A stretch of DNA of 64,000 bases, taken from Eledone cirrhosa (Eukaryota). A program made the translations under genes and the position numbers. Each line of letters starts with the position of its first letter. Positions within the stretch are counted from its first letter, which is position 1. The stretch spans positions 348,812,001 to 348,876,000 of the forward strand of contig OZ024741.1 in NCBI GenBank assembly GCA_964016885.1, read 5' to 3'. Shown in pieces: positions 27,500-42,333 of the stretch. Under the pieces are notes generated by a model. That model had not been told where the DNA came from, ran no database searches, and saw only the letters and a program-made list of their open reading frames with translations.

Positions 27500-29300
27500 A
27501 AACACCAAAAATATCTACAAATATCGTAACTGCTCATCTATTAAGACGTCTATCTGCACGTCCGCAACTTTCCCTCGAAATATAACGGAAAAACGAATTG
27601 CTTGGTGAAACTGGCCACACGGCATGTAATATAATATTAGTTCCTAACCCTTTGCGAGATCTGGGTAGACCCCTTGCTCTAAGCATCTTAACGAGAAGCT
27701 CGGTTCCACGACTGATGCAAAGCGGGCTAAATTTTCTTTTGTAGGTGCCGCTGTGCAAAATATTTGAATTGTCATTATTGCGTGCTCTGGTTATCACCAT
27801 TCATATTCCTTTCATATGTTCTCAACCACCTTGGGTTTCGAAATAACCAGAAGGATTCCAATTACATTATCAATGGCACTGTTATGTCACCAGCTAAACG
27901 GGATGCACCAAACTTCCATAACAATGGTGTAAGAGTTAAAGCTTACAGGGCTGACGGGAGGGCACAACATTAGCAAATCGTGCGGGCCATCTAAACAGTT
28001 TTGATAAATGGTCAATATATCTGTCCACCGACTAAATGTTTGGTTAAAGTGTAGCTATTAAGCTATCCTAGAAATAGCAGCCAATTACCAACGATGGTGT
28101 TGAAAACTTTTCATTGATCTAAAGAGATCAAAACCACATCGAAACCAAGTATCCTTTCAACACTTTTGACGAGATATTGACGGATATCCTGGTTAGATAT
28201 TAATCTACGGGTCTCCAGAAAGCTTGGATACATCTATAATTAATGTATTGCAGTCATTAATTAAATAATAGGGACACATATTCGAACCCAGCCCACATAG
28301 ATTTAGGTATAATACAGAAAGGAAGGCTATTTTCCTGCAGTCCTTGTTACCCAGGCATTTGTTTAATTAGAGATTTATCTGCTACTTTAAGTGCATTGAC
28401 TATTTTCGAGAACTATTTCGCGGAACTTCTCGAAGGAGATGTTTTGCGAGAGAACTTGTCGCAGCAGGCGGATAGCAATATGGCCATAGGATAAGTGGAT
28501 CAATTACGATATAAACAGGTTCAGGAGAGACAAATATGCACTCTGTGACCAACAGTGGTAAACTATTAAAGAAGATTGAGCAATGGGGGACGCTATAAGC
28601 TCCTCAGAAAACTCTAGCAACCGAGTGTTATAGATACAACGAGGCGAATCTGCGAATATGTGAAAAGTGCCATGCTGGTGAGAGGCATGGTTGAGACCAC
28701 CAAACACTGCAATGTGTACGGAAAGAGTAAAAACATCCATAGTGCATCGTCCTACGTGCGGGATAACAAGCGATGTGTTCAGACCTTACGTCCTGTTCGA
28801 AAAATATATTGCAGTCTTCACCTGACGCTGCAAGAAGTGTCGATGAACCTGCGAACTGTCCTGCGAGGCGTGTGATTGTTATGTATCCCAAAACACCAGC
28901 GTTAGATTTAGTTAAGACTTAGTCGTATATTCTTATGAGAGACTTCAATGTACAAGTTGTCACTGATTTGGAAATAACTCCTTCTTTTTGGCCGCTGTAC
29001 AAGCTGACAGGAAACATTGTAGCAGAGACCGTAAAGGCATTCAAAGTTGACAAATGTAGGAATTTAGGTTTAATCTGGAATCCTAATTCAAATCAGCAAA
29101 TAAAGTGTTGTAGCAGACGATCTGGCGATTTTGTAAAGCTATGTGTTTCTCCTCACTTCAGAGCGGTGCATATTCATGAGGTAAAGAGAATACTTAACTG
29201 ATCTTCTACACCCGGTCGAAGAATATCTTCACATCTTCACAAGAGCAATTAAAGAGCTCAAATGTGGCATGACCACTGCGGGGGGAGGGGGGGGGGCATT
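27500..29300 (+). pseudogene. Heavily decayed and deleted BEL/Pao LTR retrotransposon internal region
   Basis: Ordered peptide remnants: CHYC..HH (gag), ILVRY..LQKAW..RD..FSCSP and DKWIN (RT), HAG..CNV and YIAVFT (integrase), FWPLYKL (C-terminal), then a polypurine tract at ~29278-29296. Confidence 0.5.
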
Positions 29301-29389
29301 TGACACGAGTTGTTAAAAGCCTAAAATAACGAATATATTCCCTGATTGAGTCGTGTGTTCCGGATAGCCAGGTTCTCTGAAAAAGCATC

Positions 29390-30236
29390 TAAGCAATGGC
29401 GATCGGGGGTGATAATACCAATTTTCAGAAATTAGGATTATCACTCACCTATTCACAATTTTCCTGATCAAGATTGACAGGCGCAGTCGGGTTGTAAGCG
29501 GTGTCGAAACTGGTGAGTGTAGGATCAGTCAGCTGGAATTTGTGGACGACGTGGTATTACCTAACTCGTTAGAAAGTGATCTCCGACATTCTCTTGTCAG
29601 GTTTGCTACCAAGTACTCTACGGTAAGAATGATAGTCAGTGCTGATACCTGCACAGTGCACTATAAATGTGAGTGTAGTTTTACTGAAGCAGGTGGAGAA
29701 GTTCAAGTATCTCGTGGGCGTGTTCACGAGTGAGGAAAATCAGGAAACTGAGTTTAGTGCAATAATTGCAGGAACTGATGTAGTAATGCACCAGCTTCAG
29801 AATTCGGACATCAGGTGAGTGGAGGAAGGTGTAAAACCCAAACAAGCTATCATTTCGGTATTCGTGCCAACACATGACATATGATCATGAATATCTTGGG
29901 TAATGATTGAAAGACTACGATCGCGTATACAAGCGGCCGAAGTGGGGTTCCTCTTCATCGTATTTGGAGTAACTTTACCCGATAGAGTGCGGATCTCGGA
30001 GATCAGAGTGTCACTCCATATCAATAAGTCACAGCTCCGATATTACGGACATGTTGTTTGAATATCGTTGGACACATTTTACGACCGGAGACCCAGGGGT
30101 AGACCCCGAGAAAGATATTTGGATAATATTTGTGTGCTCGTCTGGTCTCCATTGGCGATCCAACCGGATAAATTGGAGGAGTTTGCTTCTGACAAGAAGA
30201 AGAAGAAGAAGAAGAAGAAGAAGAAGAAGAAGAAGA
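29390..30236 (+). mobile_element. Decayed RTE-type LINE 3' part with (GAA)n tail
   Basis: LSLTLF, LEFVDD, VEKFKYL and RRPRGRPRERYLDNI remnants; (GAA)n at 30194-30236. Confidence 0.8.
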
Positions 30237-30538
30237 TTTGGGAAAGGAAAATGTATAGAATAAAGGAGGAAATGAAGAGTGACAGAAATGGGGATGAAGA
30301 AAGAGGAGGTCGGAGATGAAGTTGATAAAGTTGATTGAATATGAAGAGGGTGAGGAATGGCTGATGAGATGGACAAAGGTTAGCATTGCGACACAGTAGA
30401 GGTCAATTAAGAAGACAGAGATTGTGAGTACAGGAGACGGAGAGAGTGGGAGAGTGAATAATCACACATTAGCGAGTGTACACATATTGTGTCTGTGTAT
30501 GTGTTTGTTTGTAAGTGATAGTGTGTTTGTTCATCTGT

Positions 30539-30634
<96 letters not shown>

Positions 30635-30677
30635 TATGTGTTTGTTTGTAAGTGATAGCGTATGTTTGTTCATCTGT

Positions 30678-30734
<57 letters not shown>

Positions 30735-30931
30735 ATATGTAAATATGTGTGAGTATGTATTTATATATATATATATATGTGTGTGTGTGTTCGTGTGTGA
30801 TCATGAATATATAATTCAAATTCTGTTCGTGCATGATGATACATCACTGATTGACGAGTTAGAAGGAAACATTGATTCCTTGATCCCAGCATATATAAGT
30901 GCGTGTGTGTGTAGGGTGGGGGTGGGGGTAC

Positions 30932-30979
<48 letters not shown>

Positions 30980-32019
30980 CGCATTTTCAGTTTGAATTAT
31001 AATAGAGAGAATGCGAAAGATGTATCTGGCTGGTGAGCGGTGCAAAGGTCTGTTATGATGTAATGTATAATTAAATACTATACTATATTATATATGAGAT
31101 TATTGGAAAGTATTGATTAACTGTGTGTGGAGACACTTTCTCAACAACGGTTCGATTCTCAGCAGTGTCACTTCACTCAGTTTTAATCCATCACTTACCT
31201 GTTCCTCATTTAAGGTGATATTTTATATTGACCTGTACGACAACATAGCATCTAGAACTCCCGACTAAATGTCTTACTTATGATACGAAGTTATACTGCC
31301 GTACCTAGCGTGTATAAATATCATTAGATTTGACGATTTATATTTCATCCTAATTAATTTCATATAAGCGACTAGGATTTATAGATTACATTTTGCTCGC
31401 TCCAAAGATGCCTGTCATTGTTTCAATGGTAGAGGTTTGTATTTCTGGAGAAGAAAAGGACATTTACTCAGTTCTGATTTGCACTTCGATTGCTGGGAAA
31501 GATGCGATCTACAGAATATAATATACCAAATTATTCCAATGTACCATATTTCACCAATATAATTTCAATATACACCATTATATATTATGCATTGTAACTC
31601 TTTATTGCTGTTGTTGTTTTCGGTTTTGTTGTTAATGCCCTGAGATCAATCTTGATTGTGCAATGCTATTATATTATGTCACATTGACTAATGTCGTTGA
31701 TTACAAGTTTCCAAATGTCCAAATGTCCAATCACATGCAGAACAAAGATCACAACAGATTTCTTTTGAAAAGCACAAATGTTTATTCTTTCTTATCTTTC
31801 TCAAACACATGTTTGAGAAAGATATAAAATATATACAGAAATATGAACACTTGCACACACACATACACACAGAGAAATACATAAACAAAAATGTGCAAAT
31901 TTGCGATGCTCGCAACACTTTCCGCCCAGTATCTTTAGCCCAAATTGTAAACACTATTTTTCATAGTCAGAAAAATACGTTGAAGCTTCTGAATGTTTAA
32001 TATATATATTTATATATTT

Positions 32020-32640
32020 ATACGAAGCGTCTCGAATATTAGAAATTTACTGGGGTAAGTGTTGCGTACTTAGTGAAATTCAGTTCCTAATCCCCTTCAA
32101 TACACTTCGCCCAACGATCCTTTCACCGTTCGAAGCATGTATGGCATGCTTTCTCTAGAATAGCTTTCAATGCGATCGTGGCAGTCAGCATGCTATTCTC
32201 TCGGCTATTAAAGCAGGAATCTTTCGATGGCATATTTACTTTGGAGAACTGCTAGCCGACAGCAAAGCCATAGATGGAGCGCAGCGTTGCTGAGGAATAA
32301 GCTAAATGCCTTGGATCACTTGGTGTATGTGAGCTGGGCTGTTGTCATTATACAGATGCTAGATAAGCGAGGAACACTGATCCTGTATCATGCATCAATT
32401 TGTATTATGAAGTGGTTGGAGGAATTCTTCATAGTACAATTTCATAACTGGTGCATATTCGCACCATGTTGAAGAAAATAATTAGCATCACGAACATGAA
32501 TGTCATTATTCCAATTCTGGAAAAGGGTAAAACGAAATTCTGTCTGGCCTGATTTGCGCTTCGAATACTGAGAAAGATGCAATTCTTAAAGTTTAATATA
32601 TCTGAATATGCGAATGCACACAATGCGCGATTATAAATCT
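32020..32640 (-). pseudogene. Mariner transposase remnant
   Basis: Minus translations QARQ...VMLIIFF and ALKAILEKACHTCFER*KDRWAKCIEGD (mariner C-terminus). Confidence 0.7.
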
Positions 32641-33057
32641 AGTAGAGCAAGAAACCGTAGCAGATAGGCTCAGTAGAATTAGCTAGAAATTTCCAGTAGC
32701 ATGCACATGCTAATTTATCACTGGTTCAATTATGAAAGTTACATTCAATAAATTTATTTATCGTTTTTATTTCGATGGTGAATATTTGAGAAATTGAACA
32801 CAGAATCTGTCTAAATAAGACAGTATACCAAGGTTTATCTGGCTCAGATGTTGTTGGGATATGTGAATTGAATTATGAAGCGATTATGAAAGTATTGTAA
32901 TGATAATAAAAGTAAAATTACTTAAAAGACCGGACAATGAGTATCATGAAACAAATATACCCCGTCAACAGCCGCATGAGACATAACCACATATGCTGCT
33001 TCACTGAGAAAGATGTTAAAGACAGAAAATTCTGAATAAAATCAACTTTTGTTTTAA

Positions 33058-33167
<110 letters not shown>

Positions 33168-33503
33168 GAAAAATGTGTGAGATCCTTGGTACACTTAGCT
33201 ATATTTTAAAAAATGGAAAAGAATGACTTCACTTGTAGTGCTAAATAATTTGATTTAATTTTATAATATTATGAGTTGGTAGATCTAGTAAGTTCTTTGT
33301 TAACTTCGGTGGGAAGAGTTTTAAAGATTCCCGCTTAACTTTTTTGGAGAACTTTCTCGCCTTCGTCGGTGGCGATTGTCAAACTGAGATCAGGTTGTGT
33401 TGTGATGTGTGACTCTATATATAAGAGAGATTTGGATGTGTCTGGGGTGTGAGGTGGGTGTTAATGAGTGTTGATGAAGATTAAAAGGAATTAAAGCACA
33501 CCC

Positions 33504-33563
<60 letters not shown>

Positions 33564-33759
33564 ATATATATACACAGAAACTGGTGAGGTTGACATCAAG
33601 ATAAGGGTGTTTAAGAAAGTCGTTGTAGAAATCCCGTCCTGCTGGTTTTATTTCAATAGATGACCTTTGATGAATATAATGGCAGGATGTTTTTCAAATT
33701 CGTTTCTTATAGCTGAATCTTCTTATAGAATATCTTCTACAAATTTCTATATCAAAGAG

Positions 33760-34255
<496 letters not shown>

Positions 34256-34559
34256 GTGTGTGTGTTGTAAATATCTATGTGTGAGCGTTTAATGTAGAAA
34301 TAAGGCCTCCTTTGAACTTGCGGTACAAGCAGTCGCGAAAAGTCGCAGCATTAACAGTAAAAGTTAAGGCATGGGAAGACTTTAGGTTTAAGCCGGAATC
34401 CAGCTTCAGATCAGTAAATAAAGTGTTCTGACTGACCATAAGCAGACTTCGTAATAAGAAGTTCTCCTCCATACTGCTATTAGGAACACGTCTGGGATTC
34501 TCTTCTCTACAAATATGTGCATCCACGTGGGTGGAGAGAATACCTTGCTGATCTCATAA

Positions 34560-35886
34560 TCGAGGTCTCAACAGCATCTTCGCAAATACTCGAGATTCTA
34601 CTGGGAGCAATGACTAATCTCTCGAAGACTCAAATGCCACATAGTCGCTGAGAAGGATAGAATTCGGTCCCAGATGCTAAAGGCCTTAAATAAAGAAGGT
34701 ATTCTCTGTCTGACTCGTGTGTGCCAGGTGGCCGGGATCTCTCGAAATACATCTAAGCAGTGACAAACGGGGTGATAATCCCAATTTAAAAAAGGGAGAC
34801 AAGCGGTATTATTCAAATTACAGAGGGATCTCTTTGTTAAGCCTACTCGGTAAATTCTCTACTAAGTGTCTGACAAACAAGTGTAGAGAGATTGTTTAGT
34901 TTAAGATAGCAAATAAATATTGTAGTTTTCTTCCCGACGCAGCACAGCCGATCAAATATTCACATTCAATATGCATGTCTGACTCCGCCAATGGTGCGTA
35001 CTGTTACCTCACCTATTCATAATCTTCATTAACTGGATTTTCATGCGCAGCCAGGTTTGAAGTGGTATCATGACTAGCATGTGTAAGATCAGTCGGCTGA
35101 AATTTGCAAACGGCATAGTATTACTTAACCCATACGAACGGGATCTCTGAAATGCACTTCATATGTTTGCTACCGTGTGTAGTACGATAGAAGTGATATT
35201 GAATGCTTCGAAGACAGAGACACTTGTCCTCTCAAGAAGGCCTGTGCAGTGCACTCTACATGTGATTGGAATTACGCTGAAGCATGGAGAAGTTCGAGTA
35301 TGTCATAGGCGTGTTCACGAGTCATTGAAGGCAAGAGGCTGATTTAAATACAAGAATCAAAGAATCTAATACAGTAATGTGCCAGCTTCAGCATTGGGAC
35401 ATCCGAAAAAGGGAGTAGGTGTAAAAGCCAAACTCTGTATGTTTAGTTCGGTATTGGTACTAACCCTTACTTATCGTCTCGAATCTTGAATAATGAACTG
35501 AAAGAATACGATCGCGAAGAGAATCGGGCGATATGACGCGAAGGGTCTTTGGAGTAACGTTACTTGATAGTTCTTATCTCGGTGGTCTGAGAGTCTACCC
35601 ATGTAGAGCCGTTACCTCTCCATACTAAATGATCACAGTTCCGATGCTACGGGCATGGGGTTATGGAAAGATTATTTGGGAAAATTTTACGTTCAAAACT
35701 ACCCTGGAGACCCAGGTATTGACCTTGAGCAAGATATTTGGATAACATCCATGGGCTCGACTGATCTCGTTTAGCGATCCAACCGGATCAATTGGAACCT
35801 GGTGCTTCTGAGGGGACCCCAGGAGGGTGAGCTTGAAAGCTCTGCCCCCACAAAATCTCATATAAGAAGAAGAAGAAAAAGAAGAA
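34560..35886 (+). mobile_element. Decayed RTE-type LINE with (GAA)n tail
   Basis: KKGDKRYYSNYRGISLLSLLGK (non-LTR RT N-terminal motifs) in ORF 34717-34899; homologous to the other two copies. Confidence 0.85.
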
Positions 35887-37214
35887 TAAGACGTTAGAGA
35901 GAGAGAGGGGGCGTAAGAAATTCTCGTTGTGGTTTTAGTGCATGTTTCGTCTGTCAAATTAGGCTTACAATACATTTGTCAACCCAAAACGGTAGTTCTG
36001 TCCAATGAGATGTAACTCGGAAAAACATAATGACAGGGCAACTTTTTAACCACACAGTTCAAATTTCACCCATGTTTCCACCATCTAATATATATATATA
36101 CAATATCGCGATATTTATTGCAGTTTCCTTACAACATAGTAGGTTGTGTAACAGACGAATATCTTAAAATTTGATAACCAAAGAAATATGGTGCTGTCCA
36201 ATAAGCCGAAATGTCGACAATTTATTTTGTGTCATCATGCCTCTAACAATTTACTCTCAAACAGTCCAGTTCAGGCAGATAAAATTAGGCTGGCTAATTC
36301 CAAATTTCCCTACGCGTATAACATCGCGAGTAATAATTCACACAAATTTGATTTATCTAAGATACACCAGATTAATATGAAATAGTCAATGGTAACTCAA
36401 GAAACCGATGTGTTAATAGAGTCAATTATCTTACTTTAACAAATAGCTTGCTATAATTTAGGGAATTTGTTCACAAAGTATAAATGCTAAAATTACAGTG
36501 TGCACATTAAAAATATTGTAGCATTATCATCCAAACTCTCTGTCATTGCTATCCTGATATCACCGTTTATAAGCAATGCTGTTATATCTCACTAATGTAA
36601 ATATGTATAATGTATCAGCGCTGATTACAGTTTCAAAACGTTGAAGCACAATATATTTGGCAAATGTAGGGATAGTATTGTTCTATGAGACCTGTACAGT
36701 GATGGATGTGTTCATATAACACTATTAACTAATTCTATATCTTCTTTAATATAGTATTGTGGACTTCGAATGAATAAATGAATGGATGAATCAATCAATC
36801 AATCAATGACGGATTCACTTATATAATGTTAATCGAGTCTATCACAATATACGCATCTATGTGTATCCACTAATTTCAGACTGATACAATTTTGTCGTAA
36901 TAGATAAAGGAATGAATAATGATATACATAGACAATAGTAGTGTCAGTTGTATCAGACTATGTGGTTTAGGAAACAAGTCTACTAGCCAAACTTTGTTAA
37001 AGTTTTACCCTTGTCAGATATATTTTATTAGCTATTAACCTATCCATGTACATATGAGCTATCCATTTATCTCGTCGGTTATAATTTTTTTGTGTGTTTT
37101 CCACAGTCCTAAAATAATGACCCTTCAACTTCGATTTCCAGTTAGAGAAGAAGTAGAAATGACATGGAGAGAGATCTGAAGTGTAGGGAAGATGTAGAAG
37201 AGTGGAAATATTTT

Positions 37215-37575
37215 TCGGCCCTAGAAATTCTTTAATTGAACAATCTCCTGCAATGCAATGTCCTTTGGATCCGTTTTCAAAGTCGTTCCAAGCATATTTT
37301 TAAAGGGTGCAATTAACTGGGTGTTCTGGAGGTAAAAAATATAGGCGAACAATACCACGACTATCGTTGTTATCCTGGATCTTTTCATGCGTGCTTTCTT
37401 CGTACGAGATTTATCATGTACCACTCCACACTTAGCGGGTTTTCTTCTCTTGAACGTTCTTGAACATCCATGATTTATCTCCTGCTATTTGTTTCTGCAA
37501 AATTTCCGATCGGTTCGATTTTGCTCTACAGCCAATATTTGGAAACTAGCTTTGCACAATTCTTTCGCATATGCA
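37215..37575 (-). pseudogene. Mariner transposase remnant
   Basis: SRTKKARMKRSRITTIVVVLF resembles the mariner PKKAR..RS..KTMLIVFF motif; KLVSK lies upstream. Confidence 0.65.
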
Positions 37576-37989
37576 ATATATATATACACGCACACACGAA
37601 ACGTAAACGGAAACAACAAAGGAAATGAGGCAGTACAAGGACACATATATTAGTATAACGCTTGATATAGTAGGAAAAGCTTATTTACGTTTCGGACACT
37701 AGTCCTTCATTAAGAGATAGAATACGAAATAAAAGATTCTTTGAACTGTTTCAGCCCCACATTTGTTAAAATACACTGGGTAAGACATTAATTCGTTCTC
37801 TATTATATGTATTTTTCTATCTACTTGAACCGGTTTTCCGAAAATTGTCGTTACACACATATCGTGTGTGTGTAATAGAATATACAGGAGATGGAAAATC
37901 CTGACCAATAAGTGCTTCCTTAATATATCGCACTTGGGTGAAAGACCACCAGCGCTATCCGCAGGGCCAGAAGAAGGGAGGTTTTTGAC

Positions 37990-38760
37990 ACCCAATTGCC
38001 CCACTCAGAACCCTCCCTACGAAGATGCCTTTCCAAGAAGCAACACAAAGTGGATAATACGGATATCGGCAATTGTCCGATACGTCACACATACTGTTGC
38101 TTGCGCACCTACGTGGTTCACATCATTAAGATGGACAAATGCAAATATTACTATATCGGCAGACCCCTTCGACCGCTGAACATCCGAATCAAGGAGCACA
38201 TCAGTAATAGAGCCTCGTCCTATCGCAAACATATCACCAAATGTGGAAACAATGGCAGAAGACTCAATGACACTGTGGCTGGTCTAACCCGAACGAAATG
38301 ACACACACAATAACAGTCGAGCGAGTTAATATTAATGACATTCAGAAATTCCACTCTCCCACCTGTATACAAACAGACGGAGAGGTTCTGCTGCTACACT
38401 AAGTCCGCCACCAATTTTTCCGCCCCCAACCTACCACACTATCCAGAGCTACTACCAGTATGCAAGGAAACAATAACATTCGCGTATGTGTGCTAAGCCT
38501 ACCATACAACACCCATCTCACGCTTTAGTGGTGACTACTAACTTTTGATGACTTTCGATTGGCCGCGATAAATTCGCGTGCGCGTGTCCAATAGAGAGTA
38601 TTTGTTTGCTTAATTTCAGTCAGTTTGACACTTTCACTAGCAACGCTCGGTCACCTAAATTTCTCTCCAACACTCTCCGAGGTTCCTTCATCCACTCCAT
38701 CCCCGCTGATGATGGATGAGAAATCCGAAATATATGGACTAATAAAACGATTCCAAGGTA
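37990..38760 (+). mobile_element. Decayed PLE 3' part (GIY-YIG, 3'UTR, hammerhead), related to the 9.3-kb remnant
   Basis: YVVHIIKMDKCKYYYIGRPLRPLNIRIKEH in ORF 37996-38301. Confidence 0.75.
38701..38738 (+). ncRNA. Minimal hammerhead motif
   Basis: CCG-CTGATGA-T-GGAT-GAGAA-ATCC-GAA-ATAT-A-TGG, followed by AATAAA. Confidence 0.65.
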
Positions 38761-38908
38761 ACTTCATATCTGGTTTTCATTTTCATTTTACAAATTTCTT
38801 TTCCTATTTCCTCCTCTCCTCTCTTATCTCCATTCTTCCTACCACCACCTGATGTTATTGCCCGAAAATTTATCCATCTATATTGTAAAGGCTTCCAAAG
38901 TGACCATT

Positions 38909-38954
<46 letters not shown>

Positions 38955-39020
38955 TTATGAGGTTATGCACATATATATATATATATACACCCACACATAA
39001 ACACACACACACTTACACAG

Positions 39021-39091
<71 letters not shown>

Positions 39092-39187
39092 AAGGTTTAC
39101 ATATATATATACATATATACATATACGTGTTTTGCAACGGGTCACTTTGTGGCTCAATGAAAAGTTAATAAATTAAATAATCAGAGC

Positions 39188-39698
39188 TATATATCATAAA
39201 ACATGTCTATAGAATCACCAGATAAAATATATACCATTTCCTCTCCCAATTAGCATAATCAACCATATAAAAAATCGAATACACCAGGCTATAAGAATAA
39301 GGCTTCTATGAAGAAATCTCCAACAAATAACCGAAACTAGCCCTTCGCGTCGGCTGCGACGGAATATTTATCGAATATTTCGACAGCGTAATCGCCCAGA
39401 TATACAGTTAATTAAACAGAATTAGGTGTAAAATAAACTAGGAGAAAAGAGAATACATTTATTTTACACCTAATTCTGTTTAATTAACTGTATATCTGGG
39501 CGATTACGCTGTCGAAATATTCGATAAATATTCCGTCGCAGCAGACGCGAAGGGCTAGTTTCGGTTATTTGTTGGAGATTTCTTCATAGAAGCCTTATTC
39601 TTATAGCCTGGTCTATTCGATTTTTTATATGGTTGATTATGCTAATTGGGAGAGGAAATGGTATATATTTTATCTGGTGATTCTATAGACATGTTTTA

Positions 39699-39707
<9 letters not shown>
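39188..39707. repeat. Near-perfect 250-bp inverted repeat with 20-bp spacer, ending in (TA)n
   Basis: 39188-39437 pairs with 39458-39707; two mismatches noted. Confidence 0.95.
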
Positions 39708-39761
<54 letters not shown>

Positions 39762-41086
39762 TGTATGTATGTATATATTTGCATGTTTTTCAAATGCAAA
39801 ACAAAACATAATTGATGCGTTCTTCCTTAACTGATCCGAGTGTGTAGATTATGCATGCATAGGAGCCACTATGTTCTATGTAGTTCCGTTCTATTGTTTA
39901 TTTGTGGCTTCTGGGTGTTGATGATTAATGTTTATTTAATCTTTAAATTCCCCAGATTCCTTTCTGCTGTTTCTATAGTCCTCTCTATGCCATGGTTGTA
40001 GCATTTCGCAATGTGTTATTTCACTGATTAATCTCTCTTTGTCATATACAACTTGATCATTATGCGTGACATCCAGATGGTGTATAAGGAACCACTTCGT
40101 CAACATGTGACCCTGTAGACCACATGCGCTCTCATACACACATCCGTGCTGGTGATGCATTTATTTCATTTCGAATGATAAAGGCCGTGATATTCGCTGG
40201 ATCAAGCTTGGCCTTGTTATAAAAAATATCCACATAGTTCTACTTCTACTACACTACATTAGATGCGTCGTTAAATAATGATTATCTAAAATTTCATTCG
40301 TTTCTTTTACATATAAAAGATATAAGTAAGGTTAATATAATGCCCTAAAATCTATTGTACGAAATAATAATTGTTAAACACCATATAACTTACTAATCAG
40401 AGAACCACAACACAAGCCAGATTATCGACCTTGTTCCGATTCTCTAGACTCAACCTGACGCGTCTACAGAACAGAACACTTTATAGACTAGTTACATATT
40501 TTTAGTTATCTTCATTGCTTTAATATATTTATACATGTATAATGTTTAAATGAAAGAGTGTATGACTAAAACAGATTTCTATAGCTCGTTAACCAATTTT
40601 ATTCGTTGAGCTGCAAATCTGTAGAATACTAATTGTAAGTCACAATCAATGCATTATACCTGGAGAAAGACAAGACGAGATATACCTTGCTGGAATATCT
40701 TTGATAAAATTTCTTCGGGATGGAATATCACTCTGGGCTATATAAAGATTGCTTGGCTCTACTTCCAATTTTAACGTCACTGTTCGAGAGTAGACATAAT
40801 AATCCATAAATTCATGTCGTTTTCTTATTTCAGGGATATACAATAGATCTACTTTCGATTAATATAACAACCGGCACTATCTTTTGCGGGATATTTAAAT
40901 ATTGTTAAACATCAGATGTACAAATAATCTGGGAAATGCTATGACTATGAATACTATTATGTCGGATCATCGATCTGACATCGATTCCTTTGAGAAATAT
41001 TTACTAAGACGTATGAACCAAAAACCTCTGGTGAATGTGTATATGCCTGTGTGTGAGTGTTTGTATATATATATATATATATATAT

Positions 41087-42137
41087 AAACATGAGAATAA
41101 AGAAGAATACTGCGTGGTTTGCACATGGGTTACATATGATAAAAATAGTCCTTCGACAGTGATTTTCCAACCATCATTGGTATTTCATCGCATTAAAAAT
41201 CAGATACCTTGGTGCGAGCAATAACTAAAAAAAAGTTATTGGGGCCAGAATTCGCGTAAGGCGAGGGGGACAAGTAAACAACATAGAAGGATAAAAGCAA
41301 ACCGAAGATAGGAAAATAAACAAGCAACAAGGTTGTCCGGTCAGCATAAGCTGGGTGGATTTCATGAGCGAGAGAGGTACAGACCGTGTTGATGTGTGTG
41401 AGATGTGAGCAAGAAGAGACCCACACAAGTCAAACGGGAGGAAGTGAGAAGGGGAGAAACAAAGAGTGAGTGAGTGGAAGTATGAGGAAGAGGTCAGTCG
41501 AGAGAAAGTGTAACTGACAGAGGGGGCAAAAGAAGGTGAGAGAAACAGAGAGAGCGGGGAAGCAGTAAGAGATAAACAGACAAACGCAGCCGAGGTAAAT
41601 ATATATAAAAAACATGAGAAGAAAGAAGAATACTGCGTGGTTTTCACATGGGTTACATATGATAAAAATAGTCCTCCGTCAGTGATTTTCCAACCATCAT
41701 TGGTATTTCATCGCATTAAAAATCAGATACCTCAGGTTGGTGCGAGCAATAGCTAAAAAAAGTTATTGCTTGCAAGTAAAAAGGAAAAGAAAATGCTAAC
41801 AAATTTTTCCCAGTGAAAAATAGTTTAGTTAGGAATAAGTATAAGTTAGTAATAAATATTAGTTAGTATTCAGTTTTAGTTTTAAGATTTTACCGGTTGC
41901 GCATTTCTTATGCTTTTCAAAAATAATTTTGAAATAAAGTGCTTGCGAAATTTGAGCAAAAATCACGAGCGCTCTATCTCAAAATTATTTTTGAAAAGCA
42001 TAAGAAATGCGCAACCGGTAAAATCTTAAAACTAAAACTGAATACTAACTAATACTTATTACTAATTTATACTTATTCCTAATTAAACTATTTTTCACTG
42101 GGAAAAAGTTGTCAGCATTTTCTTTTCCTTTTTACTA
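41087..42137. repeat. Composite insertion: ~155-bp direct repeat plus ~180-bp inverted repeat
   Basis: 41087-41240 matches 41610-41767; 41776-41955 pairs with 41958-42137; (TA)n on both sides. Confidence 0.85.
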
Positions 42138-42173
42138 ATATATCACAACTCGTGTGTCACACCTCTAGGTTTT

Positions 42174-42241
<68 letters not shown>

Positions 42242-42263
42242 TGTAATAAACAACATGAGATAA

Positions 42264-42333
42264 TTATATCATTTACCAGTGGTTTCTTGAAGACAGATAT
42301 TTATGTCTGTCTTCATTCATCAGAAAAATAATA
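42264..42333 (-). ncRNA. Type I hammerhead in a fold-back insertion
   Basis: TATTTTT-CTGATGA-A-TGAAGACAGA-CATAAATA-TCTGTCTTCA-A-GAA-ACCACTGGT-A-AATGATA; GUA site. Inverted arms at 42245-42288 and 42333-42376. Confidence 0.72.

Noticed and set aside
30361-30390. Isolated CTGANGA matches (also minus strand at ~6595, 10610, 16468, 21728)
   Set aside because: No stem II/GAAA/stem III geometry; expected by chance.
39495-39530. GAAATATTC-GATA resembling a minimal HHR 3' half in the 250-bp inverted repeat
   Set aside because: No CUGANGA core or stem II partner upstream.
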